NCBI GenBank assembly: GCA_907165135.1
Contig: OU015567.1
Span: 9,672,001-9,736,000, forward strand
Length of the DNA stretch: 64,000 nt
Origin: Oikopleura dioica
Lineage: Eukaryota; Animalia; Chordata
Direction: 5' to 3'
Shown: in pieces, positions 13,606 to 25,346 of the stretch
Numbering within the stretch: the first letter of the stretch is position 1
How the letters are laid out: each line of letters starts with the position of its first letter
Position numbers and translations under genes: made by a program
Notes under the pieces: model-generated
Told to the model about the DNA's origin: nothing
What the model saw: the letters and a program-made list of their open reading frames with translations, nothing else
Databases searched by the model: none

Positions 13606-13950
13606 ATGGCCAAGACTGTTACCAAAGCCGCCAAGCCCACTGCTGCTGCCCGAAAATACCGAAAGGCCCGAAAGGAGTCTTTCGGTATCTACATCTACAA
13701 GGTGCTCAAGCAGGTGCATCCCGATCAGGGAATCTCCTCCAGAGCCATGTCAATCATGAACTCTTTCGTGAACGACATCTTCGAACGACTCGGAACCGAA
13801 GCTTCTCGTTTGGCTAAAATGAGCAAGAAGTCGACCATCTCCTCCCGAGATATTCAGTCTGCTGTCCGACTTCTCCTCCCTGGTGAGCTTTCCAAGCACG
13901 CCGTTTCCGAGGGAACCAAGGCTGTCAGCAAATACACTTCCTCTAAGTAA
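13606..13950 (+). CDS. H2B: Histone H2B, divergent variant, intronless
   Basis: [19 protein letters not shown]...[26 protein letters not shown]. Short atypical N-terminal tail. TATATAA at about 13545. Confidence 0.97.
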   Translation: MAKTVTKAAKPTAAARKYRKARKESFGIYIYKVLKQVHPDQGISSRAMSIMNSFVNDIFERLGTEASRLAKMSKKSTISSRDIQSAVRLLLPGELSKHAVSEGTKAVSKYTSSK

Positions 13951-13977
13951 ATTTTTAATTTACAACGAGCTAAAACA

Positions 13978-13993
13978 GGCCCTTTTAAGGGCC
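13978..13993 (+). promoter_or_regulatory. Replication-dependent histone mRNA 3' stem-loop
   Basis: GGCCCT-TTTA-AGGGCC, a 6-bp stem with 4-nt loop, 27 nt after the H2B stop, preceded by an A-rich stretch and followed by ACA. Confidence 0.93.
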
Positions 13994-14122
13994 ACAAATT
14001 CCAGAGAGATCAGAAGTCTGCTTCGAGTTCTTTTATCAATCTCGTTAGTTTGCAGAATGAGACACTATCGCTCTTGCTGAATGCCAAATAATAAACTTTC
14101 AAAATTTTTATTGATCAAGTTT

Positions 14123-14850
14123 TCAAAAAGAGGTTTTTACTTTCGATTTGTTATTCTCTTCCTCAGCTTTGGCAGCCATCATCTGTCCAACGAACTCTTG
14201 AAATCGCCCATGAATGCCTGCGAACTCTGGTAGAGCGGCAACTTTTCCGAACCAAGCTTTCACATTTTCGTAGTCATCCAGGAACTTAGGGTTAACAAGG
14301 CAGGGCATTGTTAGTCCGCAAGCGATGCTTATATCCGCGATTGTGATGTTCTTTCCGGTGAGAAAGTTGCCGGCTTGAATGGATCCATCAAGGAATCGAA
14401 TCTGCTCAGCCAGCTTGGCCTCCTTCGCAGGCAAATCATCTGGCATCGGGAAGAACCCCAGTTTTGGATAAACAGCGGCGAAAATGGCGGAGTACATCGA
14501 ACCCATGTCCCAGTTGAGCCAAAAGTCAACTTTTGCCCTCGCTTTTGGTTCAGCAGGATAGAGCGTAGATTTTGGCGCATATTGATTGACGATGAATTGA
14601 AGGATAGCTCGCGATTCCCAAAGCGTAAAACCATTGTCGACGATTGTTGGAATGCAATGTCGAGGATTGATCGCAAGGAAGTCCTTGTTCATGTGCTCGC
14701 CCTTCATCAAATTTAGACTACTGAACTCGTAATCGACCCCTGCGAGCTTGCAAGCTAAAATATTAAGTTACAAGAAAAGCCAAATAGTCTCACAGTACTT
14801 ATTTCAACAGCTCGGGATGGTGGGGAGAAGAGAAAACCGTAGACCTTCAT
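14123..14850 (-). CDS. Glutathione S-transferase, theta/delta-like, 2 exons
   Basis: Exon 1 MKVYGFLFSPPSRAVEI splices (GT-AG) to TCKLAGVDYEF...INPRHCIPTIVDNGFTLWESRAIL...ITIADISI. Thioredoxin-like N-domain with ESRAI motif and C-domain N-capping box. Confidence 0.92.
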
Positions 14851-15265
14851 TTTCTAATTTCTGATAAAAAAATGACTTCGAAGATTGATTTCATCGGCTC
14901 TTTATATACCTACTGGTGGAATGTTTCTGGAAGATTCTTCACACGCCTCGATGATCAAGCAAACAAAGTTTTATGAATTATTTGATTTGTTGGCACAAAT
15001 TCTATAATTTCCCGAAAAAAATTCCAGCTAATCTTCAGAAGGAAAAACCTTCATAAGGGGAAAGAGTCTTTCCGAAAGACTAAAATATAAACAACTTCAA
15101 GAATAATTAGTACCTCCCTCTAATCAATCAGTTTTATCATCCCTTAAAATCGGGCGCTGGTACCTTATCATTATGTTTACGATCCGTACACCTCATGTTT
15201 CCGCGTAATTGACCTTCTTTTCATAAAACTCATAAAATGTAAATCTCCAGCTGTCCAGAAGAGCG

Positions 15266-16584
15266 ATGCGCCCCTCAGTCCCGGATAAAAACCGGCGAGT
15301 CATGGAGGGATCATATCATTCTCTTCCGACAACAGAAATCGACAACATGGCCCCGAATACTTTCAGAGATGCAACGAGAATTCAAATTGAAGATGAGCGC
15401 CAGCGCAAACGAAATACTCCCTACCAGGAGAAGCCTCTTGTTGATGTCTCTTCAAGAACCAAGCTTCAGACAGGAGCCTTGGCCAAGATGATCCAGGCAA
15501 CAACTGGCGTGATGGGAATAGACTTCCACGATCAGTACAAAGACCTCGAATGGACTGATGAAAGCGGAAGTTTCAACCGTCACAATGGTCTTCCAAAGCT
15601 CGACAGTATGCCGCTCGCTTTTCAGCTCAAATACGAGAGCATTTTTAAATATGCCCAGGTAAATTAAGCATGAGTGAATTTTTATTCAAGGTTTTTTAGT
15701 TCTTTCAACAATGGATAAAGCCAATTCTCGCTGAGCTCATCGCTACTTTTATGCTTGTTTTCTGGGCATGTATGCTTCAACCAGGGAGCTCAAATCCTGA
15801 AGGAGCTCAGTCCCCATTGGTGTTTGCGCTTGCCGCTGGAATCAACCTGACAATCATCATTACAATGTTCTGGGACATTTGCATCATTCAATTCAACCCA
15901 TGCATGACAGTTGCGTTCGTTCTTGCGGGAGTCGTTCCTTTCCGACTTCTCATTCCAAATATTGGAGCTCAATTACTCGGTGGATACTTGGCCGCTCTTT
16001 TTGCCTCATTGATACGTGGAGAACCACTTGGTAAGAAATGACTAGAAAATGACCTCACCTTATTTTTTAGGCGCAATCCCTCTGACAGAAGCCTCAGATC
16101 TTAATGCAGTCTTTTGGAGTGAGTTTTTCTTTACGTTCATGATGGCATTTGTTGCTCTTGCCGCGGTTCTCGATCCGAAATACCAACATTCTCTAACTCC
16201 TCTCGTCATCGGTCTTACAGTTACTCAAGGTAATAAAGATGAATGAAACAATCAAATGAATTTCTTTTAGGCGTCTTTGGCGGATGGTACATTGGCGCTG
16301 GCTGCATGAATCCAGCACGAGTTTTCGGACCTGCTGCTATTTACAATGATTGGGACCTTCACTGGATCTGGTGGATCTCGGAAATAGCCGGAGCGGTTTT
16401 TGCTGTCTTTGTGGAAATGATGATTTTTGCGCCAATTATGATCGAGAAAGGCAGCACCAAATCAAACCTCCTGTGGTGGCGATTTGCGATGTGGTACATG
16501 TCAGATGGACATATTACTGGAAAGATCAACAAACATCTATCTACTTGGCGAGCGGCTGTCTCACGACATGAGCATGATGATTAA
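15266..16584 (+). CDS. AQP8: Aquaporin, AQP8-like, 4 exons
   Basis: Six hydrophobic segments. Loop E GAGCMNPARVFGPAA..WDLHWIWW matches AQP8. Loop B reads IIQFNPCMT. GT-AG introns at about 15659, 16031 and 16230. Confidence 0.85.
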
Positions 16585-16867
16585 AATTTTATCGGCTGTA
16601 AATTTCAAATGAACTTTTGAAATAAACTTTACAAAAAGCAAAAAATGGTCTTCTTCCGAAAGATTGCAATTCAAACGCCCTTGATATCTCGGCAGGAGCT
16701 TAGTCTTACACCCCAGTTTCTCTAATCCGGCGCCCTTGCCGAATGACCTTACACCCTTGAGCAGCTGATATCCGGCATAAAAACTCTTGCTGCTCTTATT
16801 TTTCTTAGCAGTTTCAAGAAAGCTAGAGACCTCACGTTCTTTGGTAAAACTTGAAATAAACTAGAAA

Positions 16868-19800
16868 ATGTCGCTTTGGGACGCAGACGCAGCAGGAAAC
16901 GCTGCACAATGGCTTCGACTTCCGCAAGAGACCATGCTAGAGATTCAAAACCGCCCTTACTCGGGACGAAATGCCGTTTGGGTTCCAAACTCTGCTACTC
17001 AATACTGCAAGGGTGAAGTTATCGGCGACGGTAAAAAACCTGGACACAAGCTGGTCAAACGTGAAGATGGAAAAGAGAAGGAATACCACGAGGACCATAT
17101 CGAGTTCCAGAATCCTCCCAAATACGAGCTTCTTGAAGATCTCGCCAACTTGACCTACCTTTCAGAAGCATCAGTCGTTTACAACTTATCAGAGCGATAC
17201 ACGCGATTCATGATCTACACCTATTCCGGTCTTTTCTGCATCACCGTGAACCCTTACAAATGGCTGACTGTCTACGACAACCACGTCGTTGGAATTTACA
17301 AAGGAAAGAGGAAGTCGGAAATGCCCCCACATATCTTCGCCATTTCCGATAATGCTTACAACGACATGTTGCGAGAACGACACAACCAGTCTATGTTGAT
17401 CACTGGTGAGTCAGGCGCTGGTAAAACTGTCAACACCAAGCGAGTCATCCAATACTTCGCCGTCGTCGCCGCCCTCGGCCAATCTGCTAAAGGAAACGAA
17501 GATGGTGCACCAGCTCTCAAAGGAGGCGGAACCTTGGAAGATCAGATCGTCGCTGCTAACCCTGCTATGGAAGCATTTGGTAACGCCAAAACAACACGAA
17601 ACGATAACTCCTCCCGATTCGGTAAATTCATCCGAATCCACTTCGGTATGACTGGCAAGCTCGCTTCTGGAGACATCGACACGTATCTTCTCGAAAAATC
17701 TCGTGTCGTTTTCCAGCTCCCATCTGAGCGAGGCTTCCACGTCTTTTACCAGATCTGTTCTGGTGGCCGACCTGAGCTCAATGACATGACACTCACGACA
17801 ACGAATCCATACGATTACCATTTCTGTTCTATGGGAGAAATCAAAGTGAAGTCCATCAATGATGTTGAGGAACTCGAAGCAACTGATGGATCTTTCGATA
17901 TTCTCGGATTCGAGCCCGCAGAAAAATCTGGCATCTGGCAAGTCACAGCTGGTCTCATGCACTCTGGAAACATGAAATTCAAAAACAAGCAGCGAGAAGA
18001 GCAAGCTGAGGCTGACGGAACCGAAGCGTCTGAAAAGGCTGGCTTCATGTTCGGAATTTCTGGAGCCGAGTTTGTCAAGGCTCTTTGCTACCCGCGTGTG
18101 AAGGTCGGAGCTGACTTTGTCACCAAGGGCCAGACTGTTCCTCAAGTCGAGTATGGCCTTGGCGCCATCTGTAAAGCCGTCTTCGAGCGACTTTTCAACT
18201 GGATTGTGGCCACTGTCAACCGAGCCCTCTCCAATGAGTCACCACGAAACTTCTTCATCGGTATTTTGGATATTGCTGGATTTGAGATCTTCGACTTTAA
18301 CACCTTTGAGCAGCTCTGCATCAACTACACCAACGAAAAATTGCAACAATTTTTCAACCACCACATGTTTGTCTTGGAACAAGAAGAATACCGAAAGGAA
18401 GGTATTGAGTGGAGCATGATGGACTTTGGCATGGACTTGGCTGCAACCTTGGAACTCATTGAGCGACCATTGGGTATCATGTCCATTCTTGAAGAAGAAT
18501 GCATGTTCCCGAAGGCAACCGATATGACATTCAAGGAGAAGCTATACCAAACTCACATGGGCAAGAACGATAAGTTTGGCAAGGTCGTCAAGACAAAGCC
18601 AAAGGACAAGTCTGTTGAAGAGCCCCACTTTGAGATCCACCACTACGCCGGCACTGTCGGATACAACGTTACTGACTGGCTCCAGAAGAACAAGGATCCG
18701 TTGAACAATACCGTCGTCGAGCTTTTCAAGAAATCTTCGTCGAAGATCATGCAAGCTCTTTGGGCAGATTACGCAAGCCCCGATGAAGCTGCTAAGAAAT
18801 CTGCCGGAAAGGGAGGTAAACGTCAAAAGGGTGGTTCTTTCCAAACTGTGTCCGCTCTTCACCGAGAGTCGCTCAACCGACTTATGACCAACTTGAGGTC
18901 AACACAACCTCATTTTGTCCGCTGCATTGTGCCAAACGAGTGCAAGAAACCTGGAGAAATGGACTGGAATTTGGTCCTCCATCAGCTTCGATGCAATGGT
19001 GTCTTGGAAGGTATTCGTATCTGCCGAAAGGGTTTCCCCAGCAGAATTCAATACGACGAGTTTACTCAGCGTTATCTCATTCTTGCTCCATCTGTTGAGA
19101 AAGGAAACGGAGAATTCGCTGACCCTAAGAAAGCCGCTCAAAACGTTTTGGCCAGTCTTGCTGAATCGGGCAGTATGGATCAAGATAAATACCGACTTGG
19201 TCATACGAAGCTCTTCTTCCGAGCAGGAGCAATCGGTGACTTGGAAGATCTTAGAGACGAAAAGATCTCTTCAATCCTTACATCACTTCAGTGCTTCTTC
19301 CGATACAAGCTTGCTGCTATCAAATACAACGAGCTCGTTCGACGTCGAAATGCTATTGATCTGATTCAGACCAATATTCGATGCTTCCAGTACCTCAAAG
19401 ATTGGGAATGGATGAAGATCATGTTCAAGATCAAGCCTCTTATCTCTCAGGCCGAAGAAGGCAAGAAGCTCCAAGAACTCGAGAAGAACTATGCTGAATG
19501 CAAAGCCGCGCTCGAGAAGGAGACCAAACGACGAAAAGAACTTGAAGAAGCCCAAGTCTCCCTAGTTCAGGAGAAAAATGAGCTCGAGCAAAAAATGAAT
19601 GGCCAGCTTGCGCTTCTTGAAGATGCAGAAACAAGGTGCGAGGAACTCATTGAGCAAAAAATTGAGCTCGACGCAAAATGTCGCGATATGCAAGAAAAAC
19701 TCGAAGAGGAGGAAGAACTCAACAACGACCTTGTCGCTAAAAAGCGAAAACTTGAAGACGAATGCTCTGAGCTCAAGAAGGACATTGATGATCTAGAATT

Positions 19801-22752
19801 GACTCTTGCAAAGATCGAGAAAGAAAAACATGCCACCGAGAACAAGGTCAAGAACGTCACCGAGGAACTTACCTCCGTCGAAGAAACTATTTTGAAGCTT
19901 CAAAAAGAGAAAAAGGCTCTCCAAGAAGCTCAAAAGCAAACTCTTGCCGATCTGCAATCAGAAGAAGAAAAAGTTGGATCTCTTTCAAAAGCAAAAGGAA
20001 AGTTGGAAACTCAAGTTGACGATCTCGAAATCACACTCGAGGCCGAGAAGAAGAACCGAATGGATCTTGAGCGAGCCAAGCGAAAGTTGGAAGGCGACAT
20101 CCGTCTCACGCAGGAAAATGTGATGGATCTGGAGAACGACAAAGCAGGCGAAGAGGAAAAACTCAAAAAGTCTGAGTTTGATTTCTCGCAAATGAATGCA
20201 AAACTCGAAGACGAGCAGGCACTCTCTGGCCAGCTACACAAAAAAATCAAAGAGCTCCAGTCTCGTACTGAAGAAGTTGAAGAGGAGCTCGAGTCTGAGA
20301 GAGGTTCTCGCGCTAGATCCGAGAAAACTCGAACCGACCTTTCTCGAGAGCTCGAAGAACTCGCTGAGCGTCTTGAAGAAGCGGCAAGCAATACCCAGAC
20401 TGAAATTGAGGCCTCAAAGCGGCGTGAAGCTGAGATGGCCAAGATTCGAAGAGAGCTTGAAGAAGCTACACTCAACCATGAGGCAACTCTGAGCAACACC
20501 CGCAAAAAGCAGAGTGATCAAATCGGATCCCTCAATAACTCTATCGAACAGTTCTCCCGGCAGAAGCAGAAACTCGAAAAAGAAAAGTCTGAGATGAAGA
20601 TGGAAGTTGATGATCTTCAGCAAAACGTTGAGCAGCTCACTAAATCCAAGCTCAATTATGAGAAACAAAACCGCAATACTGAGGATCAAATAATGGAGTA
20701 CAAGCAAAAACTCGAAGAAGCTGACTCGACTCTCAACACATTGAACTCAAATAGAGCTAAAAACGCGAATGAGATCAATGAGCTCCGACGATTGATCGAG
20801 GAAAAAGAAGCCTCGTTCAACCAGATCCAACGCCAGAAAAACTCGTTGACCCAAACCAATGAAGAAATCAAGAGACAGCTTGATGAAGAAACGAAGTCTA
20901 AGAATGCCTTCTCTCATCAATTGCAACAGACAAAGCACGACATCGACATGCTTCGTGAACACTACGAAGAAGAACAAGAAGGCAAACAGGAAGTCCAGCG
21001 TAATCTTACCAAGAGCCAAGGTGAAGTCGTTTTCTGGCGCAACAAGTACGAAACTGATGCCATCCAGCGCACTGAGGAACTCGAAGAAGCGAAAAGAAGC
21101 TCGTCAACCGACTCCAGGAAGCTGAAGAGCAAATGGAAGCGGCTCAAGGACGATGTGGATCCTTGGACAAGACCAAGACCCGTCTCCAAGGCGAAGTTGA
21201 GGACTTGGGCTCTGATCTCGAGCGATCAAACGCTGCTGCTGTCCAGTTGGACAAGAAACAGCGAAACTTTGACAAACTCCTGGCTGAAACTAAACAAAAG
21301 CAAGAGGAACTTCAAGTTGAGCTCGAAGTTTCGCAGAAAGAAGCCCGAAATCAGCAATCTGAGCTTTTCACTCTCAAAAACTCTGTTGAAGAGTCCTGCG
21401 ATCAGCTTGAAGCCATCCGAAGAGAAAACAAAAACCTTGCTGAAGAAGTCGCCGAATGCCAAGAATCGCTTGCTGAAAGCGCCAAGACGATTCATGACTT
21501 GGAAAAATCAAAGCGAGAACTTGACTCTGTTCGATCAGAAATCCAGGCAACTCTTGAAGAATCCGAAAGCATCGTTGAAGCTGAGGAAGCAAAATGCCTC
21601 CGAGTTCAAGTTGAGCTCCAGCAGATCAAGCAGGAAATGGACCGAAAGCTCGCTGAAAAAGATGAAGAGATCGACAATAACCGACGAAACCACACTCGCG
21701 CTTTGGAACAGATTCAGGCCAGTCTTGACAATGAGATGCGAGCTAGAGGTGAAGCCGTTCGAAGCCGAAAGAAAATGGAATCAGATTTGAACGATCTTGA
21801 AGTTCAATGCCGCCATGTGCGAAAGCAAGCTGATGATGCCATCAAGCATGGCAAAGAACTTCTCAACAGCCAAAAAGAGCTCACCATTACCCTCGATGAC
21901 CACCAGAGAGGATCTGAGGACATCAAAGAGCAGAGTCAAGTTGCCGAACGTCGCGTCAATTTGATGACTGGCGAAATTGAAGAGCTTCGAGGAGGGCTTG
22001 ATCAAGCAGAGAGACAGCGAAAGCAAGCCGAAAATGACCTCATGGAAGCGAACGAGCGTGCAAACATGCTTCATACGCAAAACACAGCATTTATCAACCA
22101 AAAGCGAAAAATCGAGAACGAACTTGGAACCGTCCGAAATGAAGTCGAAGAAGCAATCACAGAAGCTCGATCTGCTGAAGAAGCGGCCAAGAAAGCACTC
22201 ACCACTGCTGCTCTTCTGGCTGAAGACCTCAAGAAAGAACAAGATACATCTCATCACATGGAGCGCATGAAGAAGAACCATGAAAACTCTGTCAAGGACC
22301 TCCAGCTCCGACTGGATGAAGCTGAGCAAGTTGCCCTGAAGGGCGGAAAGAAACAAGTCCAGAAACTTGAAGCGAAAATTCGCGAAGTTGAAGGCGAACT
22401 CGAATCTGAGCATCGCCGAAACGCTGAGCACACCAAGGTAAAAATTTTCTTCCTTGATTTCATCTAACCTAATTTTCAGGTTGTCCGAAAACTCGAGCGC
22501 AAATTGAAGGAATCTACCTACACCAACACTGAGAGCAAGAAGAATCTGACTCGAGTCACCGACCAAGCTGAGAAGCTCCAGGCAAAGGTTCGCAACTTCA
22601 AGAAGCAGTCTGAAGAGGCCACCGAAGCCGCGCAAATGTCAGCTTCTCGATATCGAAAGCTTCAACACGAGCTTGACGAAGCCGAGGAACGAGCTGAGCT
22701 CGCAGAAGCTGCTGTTGCCAAGGCTCGAAACCGACAGCGCGAACAGATCTAA
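16868..22752 (+). CDS. MYH: Myosin II heavy chain, striated-muscle type; one frameshift and one intron
   Basis: GESGAGKT P-loop, [32 protein letters not shown] region and heptad rod. Frame switch at the A4 run 21092-21095. Single 42-nt GT-AG intron 22438-22479. Confidence 0.97.
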
Positions 22753-22949
22753 TGATTCTGCATACGATTTCTACTTTTTCTACAAGTACATGTTTCGGAA
22801 CACTCTACCACCTCACTTCTTCAAACCAAACTAACCGTTTTTATCCTTACTACCACCTCAATTCTTCAATAAATCAACTGATTATCAACAAAAAACTGAA
22901 GCACGATTAAATTAAATACAAAAGTTTATTATAAAAATACAATTGGTTA

Positions 22950-24073
22950 TTAATTGAAGGAGCCTCGAAGTCGCTCAAGCTCAAGAGTCTTGTCTTTCTC
23001 AGATTGTTTCAATTTTCTGACGGCGCCGTCGAGTGAGTTCATTCCTGATTGGTGGTGTTCCTGGAGTTGGCGCAAAGCAGTCAGAGCGGACAATGATTTC
23101 TTTGGTGCCACGTGGATGGGCTCTGACATTGCGTGCATCTGGCACTGCTGGTTCATATAACTAAAGATCTGTTTAGAAAATAGAGGCATTGCAAGGGCTT
23201 ACCTTCGTTCATTGATTGACTGTACCATGTCTTCGATCATCTCGAGCTCAAGTTTTGTTTCTTTCGTGTCTCGCTCGGCGGTTTCCAATCGCTGTCGAAG
23301 AACAGTGTTCGTTTTACGCAACTCGCTGTTTTCGATCGACAGATGATCGCGTTCCTCTTTAGTTGCTTGAAGCAACGTTTCAGCCTCCTTCAACTGGACT
23401 TGGAGATCATTGAGCATTGCCTTATGCTCTGAAAGATTTGTAAACCGAAGGTAGCAGTAGAAAGCTTACCAAAAAGCTGGTCAGCAAGACGATCAGCGCG
23501 CTGTCGCTCCTTGATTTCGCGCTGCTTCACATCATGAAGCTTGTTTATTCGCTCCTCGCACTGTCGCACAAGTGTCACTAATTTTTCATTTTCCTCCCGG
23601 AGAGTCTTTATTTCAGCATTTCGTTTGTTGACTCGATCTGTGGCAACTCTGAAAGTATGAATATTTATCCATTTTCCTCGTTGATTTCTTACCTTTGCTG
23701 AGATTTGTACATTTCGAGCTCCTGTTCAAGCTGTTCGTTTTGCCTTTTCCACCCTTGGATGACTTCCGAGAATCTCTAAAGTACATTATAATGATCCTGG
23801 TGTTAGCAAAAAAGGTACCTTTTCAGTCATAGTTCTTAGATCCTTGGCTCGATTGGCAAGACGAGTCTCGTCCGTGGTAAGCGCGCTAGGCACGGAAGAG
23901 CGTCGGTTGCAGCATTGCGAACTTGACGGAGCTGACGAGTCTGACTGACCGGCAGCTGAAGCCCGCGTTTTCAATTTCTTGATGGACTTTTCCAGCGCCT
24001 CGCAGTCGGCGGCAAAGGTCGAGTTGACCTCGTTGAACTGAGTTGACGTGGAGGGACGTACACTACGATTCAT
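22950..24073 (-). CDS. Uncharacterised coiled-coil protein, about 5 exons
   Basis: ORFs 23786-24073, 23390-23578, 23199-23417 and 22950-23189 join through GT-AG introns into an E/K/L/Q-rich heptad protein convergent with the myosin. Confidence 0.6.
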
Positions 24074-25346
24074 CGTTCAACCAGGACTTTACCGCTTTGC
24101 TCCTTACCTCATGCTTGCGAATTAGAACTAACGAGTTTATCAACAAATTGTCAAATAAATACAGATGTTCTAGAAACTCTCGAAAATGTGAAAACCAAAA
24201 ATAGTTTTTTCGCTCAAGCGTTGATTTCAAACAATGCGCCATTTTCTGATTGTTTCTTATCTATTTTTAACGAGCTCGCCCCAATCTCAGGCCAACTCGT
24301 CTGTTATTTTGAGGAGTGGTTTTTGCTTGGGTTGAATATTGCAGATGATGCATGCAGACAAACAATGCACAGCTTGAGATGCGAAATGCGCTCGATGCTC
24401 CATGTGAATCTATTATTCCTTTGTTTCGAAATAGACCAGCTACCAGCAAAGGGTTGAATCAAAACCAACTCTTATTCTGTGTAGCAAACAAATAAGGAAG
24501 AAAAATGAATGTTTGGAGAAAGAGATACTCGGAAGATTATCGGAATGTTTATTACGAATCGCTTCTGAAAAGTAAGTTTATCAAGTAGAGACTTTACTGT
24601 AGAGTTGCGGTGCTATGATTACTGCCCATGACTTGAGAGTCTCAACTTCTCGAACTCAGATCCTGGCCAGATGAGATCTGGATTCTGCGGTCGGCCTCGC
24701 CCGGCCACCCAGTGGGAATTTGGCAATAAAGTTGTAGTGTCGATCGTAAGGAAGGAAATCTTGGATTTTATATAAAATGATTGCGCGAATCCTTTCCCAG
24801 CTCATTCAGACGTTATTCATTGACACATGGGCATTTAATGAATTCGCAGAGAATTTGGGATCCAGATTTTGGAATTCAAATGAGTTTTTTTTCGGAGAGA
24901 AATATTCCAGAGATTAAAATTTTGATTTTCATACATTACATGTATGATACATAACAATCAGACAACGGAGTTCTTATGAAATAAATTACCGCGAAACTCC
25001 TTCTGAAAGAGGTTAATTCCACGTCTGTCCAAATTCTTGGCGCAGGGGAAATTCATATCTCCCGCCAGATGGGGAACGGGGACGTTTAATTGGGCGACTT
25101 TCCTCGCCTCTGGCCAATGGGCGCGTACTGCAAATCTCACCGTTTTTCCTTTTCCCTCGCGCTCCTCCTTCGCCAAAAGAAAGAAAAACTCAACCGATCA
25201 TTTTTCGCGCTTCGGGAAGAAAATAAAAAATGAAGAGAATTTGCAGCTGCGTCGAATTATTATTTTGCTAAAGGAAAATAGTCGAGAAGAAACTTGGAAA
25301 ATAGCAAAAACGAAACGCGAAAAACGAAAAAGAGAATTGTTTAGAA

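Noticed and set aside
17189-22635. Many antisense and alternate-frame ORFs over the myosin (and likewise over the Met-rich gene, RIC1 and the S/K-rich exon)
   Set aside because: These are shadow ORFs caused by biased codon usage and low-complexity coding sequence.
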